Source: Lachnospiraceae bacterium (GTDB lineage: Bacteria > Bacillota > Clostridia > Lachnospirales > Lachnospiraceae). From it: 64,000 nt of DNA. Within the stretch, counting starts at the first letter, position 1; each line of letters starts with the position of its first letter. The stretch lies in assembly GCA_029227035.1 (NCBI GenBank), contig JAQXZD010000028.1, positions 79 through 64,078 of the forward strand. Direction: 5' to 3'. Positions 28,399 to 38,058 of this stretch are shown here, in pieces. The notes below the pieces were generated by a model. That model searched no databases. It had not been told where the DNA came from and saw only the letters and a program-made list of their open reading frames with translations. Both the position numbers and the translations under genes were made by a program.

Positions 28399-29796
28399 AT
28401 GCTGGAAGAAAAGCTCAGAGAGCTTGCAAAATCAGAGATATATCCGTTTCATATGCCGGGGCATAAGCGGACAATGGATTTTGGTAATCCGTACAGTATG
28501 GACATTACGGAGATAGATGGATTTGATAATCTTCACCATCCGACAGGAATTCTGCGGGATGCCCAGGAACAGGCGGCAGAACTGTACGGTTCCGGGCGGG
28601 CATATTATCTGGTCAACGGAAGTACCTGTGGAATTCTTGCGGCAATCAGTGCGGCAGTGCCGCGCACCGGAAAGATACTGGTGGCGCGTAATTCCCATAA
28701 GGCCGTTTATCATGCGCTTTTTCTGCGGCAGCTTACGGCAGAGTATCTGTATCCGGTGATTACGAAAAATGGTCTGCAGGGACAGATTACGCCGGAAATG
28801 GTGGAGGAAAAGCTGAAAGAGGATGCGCAGATACAGGCAGTTGTGATTACTTCGCCGACCTATGACGGGATTGTCTCGGATATCCGGGGGATTGCAAAAG
28901 CAGTGCATGCGAGAAATATTCCATTGATTGTGGACGAGGCGCATGGAGCACATTTTGGCTTTTCTTCTGAATTTCCGGAGAACGCAGTCAGATACGCAGA
29001 TGCGGTTATCATGAGCGTACATAAGACCTTGCCGGCATTTACACAGACGGCACTGTTGCATTTGTGTTCGGATCGTATTGATCATGCGCAGGTGGAGAAA
29101 TATCTGGGAATCTATGAAACCAGTTCCCCTTCTTATGTGCTGATAGTGGGGATTGAGCGGAGTCTGCGCATGATTCGGGAGGAAGGCAATGAGCTTTTTG
29201 CGAATTATGCCGGGATGCTGGGAGAGTTCCGGCAGTCGGTTTCGGATTTGCGGAATCTGAAGGTTTTGGACAAAAATGATTTTATGGAAGAAGAAATCTA
29301 TGATTTTGACAGAGGAAAGCTTCTGATGGAAACCGGTGGAAAAATCAGCGGACAGGAATTGGCACAGAGGCTGCTTCATTCCCATGGTCTGCAGATGGAG
29401 ATGGCCTGTGGCAACTATGCGGTTGCCCTGACTTCCGTGATGGATACCTGCGAAGGATTCCGGCGGTTATCGGAGGCTCTTCATGAAATAGACCGTACTT
29501 TGGATGTGGAAAAAGAGAAAAAAATTCTTTCGCCGGGGGACATCTATCAAAAGCAGAAAAAAGCCGAGGAAATCTGGGAGGCTGAGGAAGGACAGCAGGA
29601 GACGGTTGCACTGGAGCAGGCAGTTGGCCGAGAGTCGGCGGAGTATGTCTATCTGTATCCGCCGGGGATTCCGATTGTGGTTCCGGGCGAATGGGTGAAT
29701 GAGCGGACCGTCCGGGTTATAGAGGAGAGCCGGCGTCTGGGACTGGATGTGGAAGGATTGCAGAACTTCCCGCGTATAAACGTTGTGAAAAAGTAA
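28399..29796 (+). CDS. Orn/Lys/Arg decarboxylase family PLP enzyme (YaaO-like)
   Basis: FHMPGHK, NGST, VDEAHGAH, SVHKT, YPPGIP. Confidence 0.92.
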   Translation: MLEEKLRELAKSEIYPFHMPGHKRTMDFGNPYSMDITEIDGFDNLHHPTGILRDAQEQAAELYGSGRAYYLVNGSTCGILAAISAAVPRTGKILVARNSHKAVYHALFLRQLTAEYLYPVITKNGLQGQITPEMVEEKLKEDAQIQAVVITSPTYDGIVSDIRGIAKAVHARNIPLIVDEAHGAHFGFSSEFPENAVRYADAVIMSVHKTLPAFTQTALLHLCSDRIDHAQVEKYLGIYETSSPSYVLIVGIERSLRMIREEGNELFANYAGMLGEFRQSVSDLRNLKVLDKNDFMEEEIYDFDRGKLLMETGGKISGQELAQRLLHSHGLQMEMACGNYAVALTSVMDTCEGFRRLSEALHEIDRTLDVEKEKKILSPGDIYQKQKKAEEIWEAEEGQQETVALEQAVGRESAEYVYLYPPGIPIVVPGEWVNERTVRVIEESRRLGLDVEGLQNFPRINVVKK

Positions 29797-29841
29797 GGAA
29801 TGTATTATACTGAAAACAGGAATAGAGCAGAGGACAGATAC

Positions 29842-30432
29842 ATGGGCAGCATTTTTTGTGTAATGGGAAAAAGTTCATCCGGAAAAGACAGTATTTTCCG
29901 GGGAATAATGAAAAATCAGGATTTGAAGCTGGAGCGGATTATTCCATACACAACACGTCCTATCCGGGAGGGAGAGGCAGAAGGCCGGGAGTATCATTTT
30001 TGTGACGAGGCGAAGGTGCAAAAATTGCAGGATGCCGGAAAAATCGTAGAACTTCGCTCCTATGATACCGTGTATGGTATATGGAAGTATTTCACAGTGG
30101 ATGACGGAGAGATTGATTTGTCAGGGCGAAACTATCTCTATATTGTTACACTGGAAGGCTATCAAAAAATGCAGGACTACTTTGGAAAAGAGAAGGTTGT
30201 GCCGATTTATATAGAAGTAGAAGATGGAGAGAGACTTCTTCGCGCGATAGCCAGAGAGCGGCAGCAGGCGGTTCCCAAGTATGAGGAGATGTGCCGGAGA
30301 TTTCTGGCGGATGCAAGAGATTTCTCAGAGGAGAAGCTTCTGGAAGCCGGTATCACAAGACGGTTCGAAAACCGGGAGCTGGCGGAAACCATACAGACAG
30401 TTACGGAGTATATAAAAGGCAGCATGGCCTAA
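29842..30432 (+). CDS. Guanylate kinase-like protein
   Basis: [26 protein letters not shown]. Confidence 0.85.
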   Translation: MGSIFCVMGKSSSGKDSIFRGIMKNQDLKLERIIPYTTRPIREGEAEGREYHFCDEAKVQKLQDAGKIVELRSYDTVYGIWKYFTVDDGEIDLSGRNYLYIVTLEGYQKMQDYFGKEKVVPIYIEVEDGERLLRAIARERQQAVPKYEEMCRRFLADARDFSEEKLLEAGITRRFENRELAETIQTVTEYIKGSMA

Positions 30433-30445
30433 AGGAGAATTCCTT

Positions 30446-30886
30446 ATGGAGATAAAAGTAAATGATGTCAGTCAGGTAAATCAGGTGCCGGAGGCAACAA
30501 AGACGGTTGAGGGAGACGGTTCCTTCAAATTCACGCTTGCGAGCGCAATCGCGGACGCGGATCTTCAGGCAAAAGTGGACGGACTGTTAAACGACATTAT
30601 AACGCAGGGAAATCTGATTGCGCAGCATATGGATATCCGCGATATGAAGAAATATCGTGGTCTGATCAAGGAATTTATGAATGAGGTGGTATACCGTTCC
30701 CACAAATTCTCCAGAGAGAATTTTCTTGACCGGAAAGGACGTCACAGAGTATACGGAATTATCCGGCTGATTGATAAGAATCTGGATGAACTGGCAGGAG
30801 AGCTGGTGGCGGACGAGAAGGATCACCTGGCGATTCTTGACCATGTGGGAGAGATACAGGGATTGCTTTTGGACATTTTTACATAA
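30446..30886 (+). CDS. yaaR: YaaR/DUF327 family protein
   Basis: [22 protein letters not shown]; position before holB. Confidence 0.85.
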   Translation: MEIKVNDVSQVNQVPEATKTVEGDGSFKFTLASAIADADLQAKVDGLLNDIITQGNLIAQHMDIRDMKKYRGLIKEFMNEVVYRSHKFSRENFLDRKGRHRVYGIIRLIDKNLDELAGELVADEKDHLAILDHVGEIQGLLLDIFT

Positions 30887-30907
30887 AAATATGAAGGAGG
30901 GATATCT

Positions 30908-31897
30908 ATGGCAGGTTTTTCAGATATTATAGGACACGAACAGATAAAAGCTCACTTGCAAAATGCGATTACCCTCGATAAAATATCTCATGCGTATATC
31001 TTTAACGGACCGGAAGCATCCGGAAAAATGATGCTTGCGGAAGCCTTTGCTATGGCACTGCAATGCGAGGCAGACGAGGGAAAGCCCTGTCTGAACTGCC
31101 GCTCCTGTAAGCAGGCAATGGATCACAATCATCCGGATATTATCTATGTATCCCATGAAAAGCCAAATACCATCAGTGTCGATGACATCAGAGAACAGAT
31201 TAATAACGATATCGTTATCAAGCCATACAGCAGCCACCGTAAGATTTATATTGTGGATGAAGCGGAGAAAATGAATCAGCAGGCGCAGAACGCCCTTCTC
31301 AAGACGATAGAAGAGCCGCCGGCTTATGCGGTCATACTGCTTCTGACCACTAACGCTGACAGCTTTTTGCCGACCATTCTGTCACGGTGTGTTTCTCTGA
31401 ACTTAAAGGCGGTAAAGGCAGAGGTGATACAGGAATATCTGATGAAAAAGTATCAGATTCCGGATTATCAGGCGAATGTGTGCGCGGCATTTTCCCAGGG
31501 AAATGTGGGAAAAGCGGTGCAGCTTGCTTCCTCGGAGGAATTCGGCGAGTTGAAAGCCTCTGTGCTTCAGCTTATGAAGAGACTTAGCGATATTGACATC
31601 TCAGAGATGGCGGCAGCAGTTAGGCAGATTGCCGAGTATAAATTGTCCATCAATGATTATTTTGATTTGATGATGGTCTGGTTTCGGGATATACTTTATC
31701 TGAAGGCAACAAATGATGTAAATGGTCTTATTTTCAAAGATGAGATTTATGACATAAAAAATCAGGCAGCGAAACATTCTTATCAGGGAATCGAGAAGAT
31801 TATCAAAGCGTTGGAGACAGCGAAGATGCGGATTTCAGCGAATGTGAATTTTGATCTTGTTATAGAATTGCTGCTTTTGACAATTAAGGAGAATTAA
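30908..31897 (+). CDS. holB: DNA polymerase III subunit delta'
   Basis: HAYIFNG, CLNCRSC, HPD, NALLKTIEEP, TILSRC. Confidence 0.95.
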   Translation: MAGFSDIIGHEQIKAHLQNAITLDKISHAYIFNGPEASGKMMLAEAFAMALQCEADEGKPCLNCRSCKQAMDHNHPDIIYVSHEKPNTISVDDIREQINNDIVIKPYSSHRKIYIVDEAEKMNQQAQNALLKTIEEPPAYAVILLLTTNADSFLPTILSRCVSLNLKAVKAEVIQEYLMKKYQIPDYQANVCAAFSQGNVGKAVQLASSEEFGELKASVLQLMKRLSDIDISEMAAAVRQIAEYKLSINDYFDLMMVWFRDILYLKATNDVNGLIFKDEIYDIKNQAAKHSYQGIEKIIKALETAKMRISANVNFDLVIELLLLTIKEN

Positions 31898-31898
31898 C

Positions 31899-33020
31899 AT
31901 GATAAAAGTAGTAGGAGTACGTTTTCAGCAGGCAGGAAAGATCTATTATTTTGATCCGCTTGACTATGAGCTGGAGACAGCGATGCACGTGATTGTAGAG
32001 ACAGCGCGAGGGGTAGAGATGGGAACCGTGCTGATTCCGCCGAAGGAAGTGGAGGAAGATCAGGTGGTTCAGCCGCTGAAGCCGGTCATCCGTATCGCAA
32101 CGGATGAGGACGAGAAGGTGGTGGAGAAAAATAAGGAAAAAGAGGCGGAAGCCTTTGTTATTTGTAAGGAAAAGATTGCAAAGCATGGACTGGAAATGAA
32201 GCTGGTAGCTGCAGAGTACACCTTTGATAATAATAAGCTTTTGTTTTATTTTACTGCGGACGGAAGAGTTGATTTCCGCGAACTGGTAAAGGATCTGGCG
32301 TCTGTTTTCCGCACCAGAATCGAGCTGCGTCAGATTGGAGTCCGCGATGAGACAAAGATGCTGGGCGGAATCGGAATCTGCGGCAGGGAGCTTTGCTGTA
32401 AAGCGTATCTGTCGGATTTTATCCCGGTATCCATCAAGATGGCAAAGGAGCAGAACCTTTCCCTGAATCCAACCAAGATATCCGGCGTGTGTGGCAGACT
32501 GATGTGCTGTCTGAAAAATGAGGAAGAGACATACGAATATCTCAACAGTCGGCTTCCGGCAGTCGGTGACACCGTAACGACACCGACCGGAATGCGCGGA
32601 GAAGTGTCTTCCATTAATGTATTGCGCCAGATGGTTAAGGTGATTGTGGATAATGGCGAGGAAAAAGAACTGCAGGAGTATTCTGTGGATGAGCTTCGTT
32701 TTACGCCGCGGCGCCGTAAGAATGTAAAGCTGACCGAGGAGGAGCTTAAGGAGCTGGAAGGGCTTGAAGATGGCGAGGAAACGCTGGAGGAAAAGCCGGT
32801 ACGGGAAAATGACAACCGGAACCGTCAGCATGACAATCGCGACAACCGTGACAGAAACCGCAGGGATAACAATCGCAGCGAAGGGGAGAACACGGGCGAA
32901 CGTCGAAATTACAATCGTGACAATAATCACCGGGGAAGAAGAAGAAACAACGACAGACGGAATAATCAGGATGGAACAAGACGTGGAGAACAGAACAGAA
33001 GTAACCCTTCACAGTCATGA
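31899..33020 (+). CDS. yaaT: YaaT/RicT (PSP1 domain) protein with low-complexity C-terminal tail
   Basis: RVDFRELVKDLA, CGRELCC, KISGVCGRLMCCL. Confidence 0.93.
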   Translation: MIKVVGVRFQQAGKIYYFDPLDYELETAMHVIVETARGVEMGTVLIPPKEVEEDQVVQPLKPVIRIATDEDEKVVEKNKEKEAEAFVICKEKIAKHGLEMKLVAAEYTFDNNKLLFYFTADGRVDFRELVKDLASVFRTRIELRQIGVRDETKMLGGIGICGRELCCKAYLSDFIPVSIKMAKEQNLSLNPTKISGVCGRLMCCLKNEEETYEYLNSRLPAVGDTVTTPTGMRGEVSSINVLRQMVKVIVDNGEEKELQEYSVDELRFTPRRRKNVKLTEEELKELEGLEDGEETLEEKPVRENDNRNRQHDNRDNRDRNRRDNNRSEGENTGERRNYNRDNNHRGRRRNNDRRNNQDGTRRGEQNRSNPSQS

Positions 33021-33732
33021 GAGGCTGGATGAACTTCATAGAAACGGTTATAAGATTATTCAGGACAGAGAGCGGTTTTGTTTTGGAATGGATGCGGTAC
33101 TTTTATCCGGCTTTGCAAAGGTAAAGCCGGGGGAAAAGGTACTGGATCTTGGGACGGGAACCGGCATAATCCCGATTCTTCTGGAAGCAAAGACAAAAGG
33201 GGAGCACTTTACCGGTCTGGAGATACAGGCAGAAAGTGCGGATATGGCAGCACGCAGCGTTGCCTATAACGGGCTTCAGGAGAAAATTGATATTGTAACC
33301 GGAGATATTAAGGATGCTTCCGGCATATTTGGGGCATCTTCTTTTGATGTGGTGACAACAAATCCGCCCTATATGATTGGTGCGCACGGAATACAGAATG
33401 ATGCCGATGCAAAAGCCATTGCGCGGCATGAAATTCTCTGTGACCTCGAGGATATCCTGCGGGAGAGCTCTAAGATATTGCCGCCGGGAGGCCGGTTTTA
33501 TATGGTGCACCGACCGTTTCGCCTTGCAGAAATATTCAGCAGAATGGTGAAATGGCATATAGAGCCGAAGCGTATGCAGCTTGTGTATCCTTATGTGGAT
33601 AAAGAGCCGAATATGGTGCTGATAGAGGGACTTCGCGGTGGAAAATCGCGCCTTACTGTGGAAAAACCTCTGATTGTTTACAAGGAAAAAGGGGTATATA
33701 CGGACGAAATATATGAGATTTATGGGTATTGA
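32971..33732 (+). CDS. tRNA1(Val) adenine(37)-N6 methyltransferase (YabB-like)
   Basis: FCFGMDAVLL, LDLGTGTG, NPPY, ARHE; start position uncertain. Confidence 0.9.
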   Translation: MEQDVENRTEVTLHSHERLDELHRNGYKIIQDRERFCFGMDAVLLSGFAKVKPGEKVLDLGTGTGIIPILLEAKTKGEHFTGLEIQAESADMAARSVAYNGLQEKIDIVTGDIKDASGIFGASSFDVVTTNPPYMIGAHGIQNDADAKAIARHEILCDLEDILRESSKILPPGGRFYMVHRPFRLAEIFSRMVKWHIEPKRMQLVYPYVDKEPNMVLIEGLRGGKSRLTVEKPLIVYKEKGVYTDEIYEIYGY

Positions 33733-33840
33733 GAAATAACATTTTTATGATGATTATAAAGTATCACGAAAAATGGTACAGAGGGGTAATTGTAATTATG
33801 TTCATTTCGTGATACAGTAAATGCAAATTTATATGTGATT

Positions 33841-33877
33841 AGCAAAGAAGCATTTCCGGAAGGGAGTGCTTTTTTTT
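33841..33877 (+). promoter_or_regulatory. Leader terminator overlapped by an ANTAR-like motif
   Basis: AGCAAAGAAGC overlaps the 5' arm of hairpin AAGCATTTCC-GGAA-GGGAGTGCTT plus T run, just before the RBS. Confidence 0.55.
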
Positions 33878-33892
33878 ATTTGGAGGAGAGAT

Positions 33893-34222
33893 ATGGACGC
33901 AGATATGATTATACTGTGCGATGACGTTTTTCTGCCGGGGAGTAAAAAAGAGATTGACGGGGGTGTCGCAATCGCCGACGGACAGATTCTCAACATTGGT
34001 ATGAGAGGGGATTTATCCGAATATCTGGGGATTGAAACAAGAGTAATGGAATATCATAATTCTACTCTGTTTACTTTTGGGGAAGCGCAGGGCACACAGG
34101 GGGCCAACATAGCAGTTGTAGCCGGAAATAAGAAACGCAGACAGGGGAAACTTGACAAGACGGTCGGGTTGCGGTTTCTCATGTATCAGGGAGATGTCGT
34201 GTATCAGAAAGAAGTTTGCTGA
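33893..34222 (+). CDS. Small protein resembling the amidohydrolase composite beta-sandwich only
   Basis: ADMII...GVAIADGQILNIG...TRVMEY and ANIAVV...LMYQGDVVY; RBS GGAGG. Confidence 0.65.
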   Translation: MDADMIILCDDVFLPGSKKEIDGGVAIADGQILNIGMRGDLSEYLGIETRVMEYHNSTLFTFGEAQGTQGANIAVVAGNKKRRQGKLDKTVGLRFLMYQGDVVYQKEVC

Positions 34223-34311
34223 ATAGTTACCTAATTTCTAAATATTCTCTGAAATATTAGACAGATGCCTTGACGAAGCCTACTCCAACGCCTTAAAGTG
34301 ATATATAAATT

Positions 34312-34507
34312 CGAATTATTTACAGCAGTCAAGTGAAATCTGTAATTCGGGCGTCAAGCTTGCTTGTAAGCCGAATTGATGATTTCACTTGGCGGGTGAA
34401 TAGAATTCACTCACCACACAGCCTCAGACAGAAGCTGCAAAGCAGCGACAGATGCGCTTTGCGCAACTGGTCTGTGGCTTGTCTGTGTGGTGTCTGTAAA
34501 TAATTCG
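34312..34507. mobile_element. MITE-like structured element, family B, full-length copy (196 bp)
   Basis: Perfect 14-bp terminal inverted repeat CGAATTATTTACAG/CTGTAAATAATTCG; several hairpins; second copy near 21240. Confidence 0.75.
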
Positions 34508-34537
34508 GGGTAAACAAAGGAAGTGGAGGATGGTTCC

Positions 34538-36301
34538 ATGGGTAAGGTAATAGGAATCGATTTGGGAACAACCAATAGCTGTGTTGCCGTGTTGGAGAAT
34601 GACCAGCCGGTAGTAATTACAAATTCCGAGGGTTCCCGCACGACACCATCGGTTGTCGCATTTACAAAAAACGGAGAGAGACTGGTAGGAGACTCGGCAA
34701 GGCGTCAGGCGGCGGTGAATGTAGATCGTACTTTTTTCTCCATAAAGCGGGAAATGGGGACGAATTATCGGGCAAAGATAGATGGAAAACAGTATACGCC
34801 GCAGGAGATTTCTGCGATGATACTTCGCAAGCTGAAAAAGGACGCAGAGGAATATCTGGGAGAGACGGTTTCCGATGCGGTCATTACCGTACCGGCATAT
34901 TTCAGTGATGCGCAGCGTCAGGCGACCAAGGATGCCGGACGGATAGCGGGACTGAATGTTCTGCGTATCATCAACGAACCGACTTCTGCGGCGCTTGCGT
35001 ATGGTCTGGATCACGGACAGCCACAGAAGATACTGGTGTATGATCTGGGCGGTGGAACCTTTGATGTTTCCGTTATAGAGATTGGTGATAACCTGATTGA
35101 AGTGCTGGCAACAGCGGGCGATAATCATTTGGGCGGAGATGATTTTGACGAGCGCGTGACCGATTATCTGGTTACAGAGTTTTTGCGGACGCAGCGCGTA
35201 GATTTGAGAAAAGACGCAACGGCAATGCAACGTGTCCGCGAAGAGGCAGAGAAAGCTAAAAAGGTTTTGTCTTCCTCCTCAACCACCAGCATTAATCTTC
35301 CGTTTATTACGACGGTAAAGGGTGAGCCGAAGCATATGGAGATGACGCTGACACGCGCCAAGTTTGATGAACTGACGAAGGACATTGTGCAGAGAACGGA
35401 GGGACCGGTCAGACAGGCGTTGAGTGATGCAGGTATTACAACGGCGGGCTTGGGAATGGTACTTCTGGTTGGAGGTTCCACGCGTGTTCCGGCAGTATTT
35501 GAGGAAGTTCGCAGGCTGACCGGAAAGGAGCCGTCCCGCAATCTTAACCCGGATGAGTGTGTAGCGCTTGGAGCAGCCGTACAGGGCGGTAAGCTTGGCG
35601 GGGCACTGGTAGCAGGCTCACAGGCAGCAGAGATTATCCTTATGGACGTGACACCGCTTTCTCTCTCCATTGAGACGGTTGGAGGAGTGGCAACGAAACT
35701 GATTGACCGCAATACTACGATTCCGACGCGGTACAGTAAAGTCTTTTCCACGGCCTCCAATTATCAGACCTCCGTGGATATTAAGGTGTTGCAGGGAGAG
35801 CGAGAGTTCGCAAAGGATAACAAGCTTCTGGGACGCTTTCAACTTCGTGGTATCAAGCCGGCTCCGGCAGGAGTGCCGCAGATAGAGGTTACCTTTGACA
35901 TTGATGCCAACGGTATTGTTCAGGTATCTGCTAAGGATCTGGGAACCGGAAAACATCAGGAGATTACCATTACGGCAAGCTCCAATCTCTCGGATGATGA
36001 GATTGAGCGCGCCATTCGTGAGGCAGCGGAGTATGAGGCAACCGACGGACAACGCAAGGCATATATCGATGCGCGCAGTGAGGCGGACACGCTGATTCGG
36101 CAGGTTGAGGCCGCATATAAGGAAAAGAAGAAGACTTTGGACAGTGCTGCAAAGCATCAGATTAAGTCAAGCCTTTCCTATGTAAAGAAATTGGTTACCC
36201 GTACCAAACCGGGAAATGTCACGGAGGAGCAGGCGGCAGAATTGAAGCGGGCAACTGCGGAATTGCGGAATGCAGCGGGTGTATTGCAGATAGAGGTCTA
36301 G
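34538..36301 (+). CDS. dnaK: Hsp70/DnaK family chaperone, stand-alone paralog
   Basis: [43 protein letters not shown]. Confidence 0.92.
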   Translation: MGKVIGIDLGTTNSCVAVLENDQPVVITNSEGSRTTPSVVAFTKNGERLVGDSARRQAAVNVDRTFFSIKREMGTNYRAKIDGKQYTPQEISAMILRKLKKDAEEYLGETVSDAVITVPAYFSDAQRQATKDAGRIAGLNVLRIINEPTSAALAYGLDHGQPQKILVYDLGGGTFDVSVIEIGDNLIEVLATAGDNHLGGDDFDERVTDYLVTEFLRTQRVDLRKDATAMQRVREEAEKAKKVLSSSSTTSINLPFITTVKGEPKHMEMTLTRAKFDELTKDIVQRTEGPVRQALSDAGITTAGLGMVLLVGGSTRVPAVFEEVRRLTGKEPSRNLNPDECVALGAAVQGGKLGGALVAGSQAAEIILMDVTPLSLSIETVGGVATKLIDRNTTIPTRYSKVFSTASNYQTSVDIKVLQGEREFAKDNKLLGRFQLRGIKPAPAGVPQIEVTFDIDANGIVQVSAKDLGTGKHQEITITASSNLSDDEIERAIREAAEYEATDGQRKAYIDARSEADTLIRQVEAAYKEKKKTLDSAAKHQIKSSLSYVKKLVTRTKPGNVTEEQAAELKRATAELRNAAGVLQIEV

Positions 36302-36399
36302 CTTACGATTCTTAATTATTCTTTAAGTAATTTTTAAACCCATAGTTTTTATTCAGGCAAAGTGCTATGATATCTCCATCAAAAAGGAGGACTTTGAAT

Positions 36400-37452
36400 A
36401 TGAAGAAAAATGTATGGAAAAAAATTGGAGTCATGCTGGCAGCAGCCATACTGCTTATGGCACAGAGTGTTATGACATTTGCACAGACGGATGTGCTGGG
36501 GAACACGGTCACGAATCAGCTTTTGGGTTCAAAATCTGCAGAGTATAACGGAAGAATTTATTACAGTGTCCGGGATAAGATTTATTCCGTGAAGAAGGAT
36601 GGAACCGGAACAAAGCTGGTCTATAAGGCAAAAAAGGGACAGGGTGCAATCGGTTTTTCCGAGCTTTGTGTATACAAGGGAACCATCTATGCAATTTATG
36701 ACAAGAATCCGGGAACGGACGGAAGCAACAGTAAACTGGTACGTGTTAAGACAAATGGCAAAAGTTACAAAGAGCTTGCAACAGCCACAGATGTGGCAGT
36801 GGTAAACGGTAAGATTTATTGTACCAAGGCATCCCTTGTGAAAGAGGAAGATGTACAGTATATGCAGCCAAAGGCCATCTGCAGAATGGATACAAACGGA
36901 AAGAACACGAAGACACTTGTCAAGAAGAAAAATATTGAGCTTCTGGCTGCTTCCGGAAGCAGAATGATATACAGCGTAAAGGATTATGATGCCAACAAGA
37001 CAACGATATACTGCTGTGACTTAAAGGGAAAGAATTCAAAAAAGCTGGCTTCGGAGACGGCTGGTGTGACCGGTTACGCAGCAGATGAAAACAATTTTTA
37101 TTATGCTGTTGAGGCAAAAGGCGTTACTACCGTATTTAAGAAAGTAGATATGACAACCGGCAAAAAAGAAAATATACTTACCACAAAGAATTTTACCAAT
37201 TCCTTCTATGTGGAGGGAGACAGCCTTTATGCAACTTATGAAGATGGCATGAAGAAGTATTCTCTTTCAACCGGCAAAGAGGAAGCCGTGGTTAATAAGG
37301 ATGTGACGGCAGGACTTCGCGGTATCCACGGGGATGTAATGGTATATGAGAAGTATGAGGAAGATAACAAAGCCAATACGGATTATTCCATTTATCTGGG
37401 AGAAACAGGTGGCAAGAAGATTCAGAAAATCGGCGCATACTTTATGTCATAG
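36400..37452 (+). CDS. Secreted beta-propeller-like protein (DUF5050-like)
   Basis: Signal peptide; repeated IYY...IY....DG...K.L blades. Confidence 0.7.
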   Translation: MKKNVWKKIGVMLAAAILLMAQSVMTFAQTDVLGNTVTNQLLGSKSAEYNGRIYYSVRDKIYSVKKDGTGTKLVYKAKKGQGAIGFSELCVYKGTIYAIYDKNPGTDGSNSKLVRVKTNGKSYKELATATDVAVVNGKIYCTKASLVKEEDVQYMQPKAICRMDTNGKNTKTLVKKKNIELLAASGSRMIYSVKDYDANKTTIYCCDLKGKNSKKLASETAGVTGYAADENNFYYAVEAKGVTTVFKKVDMTTGKKENILTTKNFTNSFYVEGDSLYATYEDGMKKYSLSTGKEEAVVNKDVTAGLRGIHGDVMVYEKYEEDNKANTDYSIYLGETGGKKIQKIGAYFMS

Positions 37453-37470
37453 AAAAGAATAGTAAAAATA

Positions 37471-37526
37471 AAGCATTCGTGTACACATTATCAGGTTTGA
37501 AAGATGTGTATGCGGATGCTTTTTTT
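37471..37526. terminator. Terminator between convergent genes
   Basis: AAGCATTCGTGTACACAT...ATGTGTATGCGGATGCTT followed by a T run. Confidence 0.7.
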
Positions 37527-37536
37527 GTTGGATATG

Positions 37537-37968
37537 CTATTTGTTTTCAAGGACTTTACTTACAAAGTCTTTAATTTGCTGCTTGTGTTTATCGCTCAGT
37601 TTGCCGCCGGTGAGTCCAAGCGCCGAGTGGCCTTTGAGCATCATAACCAGAAGTAATTGTTCTTCGCAGACAGGAATTCCCTTTTTCTCTCCGTATTCCC
37701 GAATTCGTTTTAAGGTGACATCCATGAGTCCGGTGGTGGAAAAACCTGCGATTTGCCCTACTTTTTCCGGATCAAGATTTTCCATATATGCTTTCAGGCT
37801 TTTGTCCATATCCCACATGTAGACGCCGCCTCCAAGAAACAGCAGGTCTGTTTTTTCGTCGATGGGATAATCGATGGACTGTGCGGTTACACCGAGTATT
37901 TCTGCAATTGCTTCTGCGGCTGCTTTTGTATTGCCGCCTCTTGACTGATATCTTACTGCTACGTTCAT
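37537..37968 (-). CDS. Flavodoxin-like protein
   Basis: YQSRGGNTKAAAEAIA, LFLGGGVY. Confidence 0.85.
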   Translation of the reverse strand: MNVAVRYQSRGGNTKAAAEAIAEILGVTAQSIDYPIDEKTDLLFLGGGVYMWDMDKSLKAYMENLDPEKVGQIAGFSTTGLMDVTLKRIREYGEKKGIPVCEEQLLLVMMLKGHSALGLTGGKLSDKHKQQIKDFVSKVLENK

Positions 37969-38058
37969 AATGAATCTTCCTTTCATAAAATACACACTTG
38001 TGTCACTGATGGTGTTATGATATGCTACCTATGAAATAAAATCAAGTATATAGAAAAA

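Noticed and set aside
34430-34470. GCTGCAAAGC hairpin as a c-di-GMP-I riboswitch
   Set aside because: Only a GCAAA loop matches; the two-hairpin layout and receptor motif are missing, and it lies inside a repeat bounded by inverted ends.
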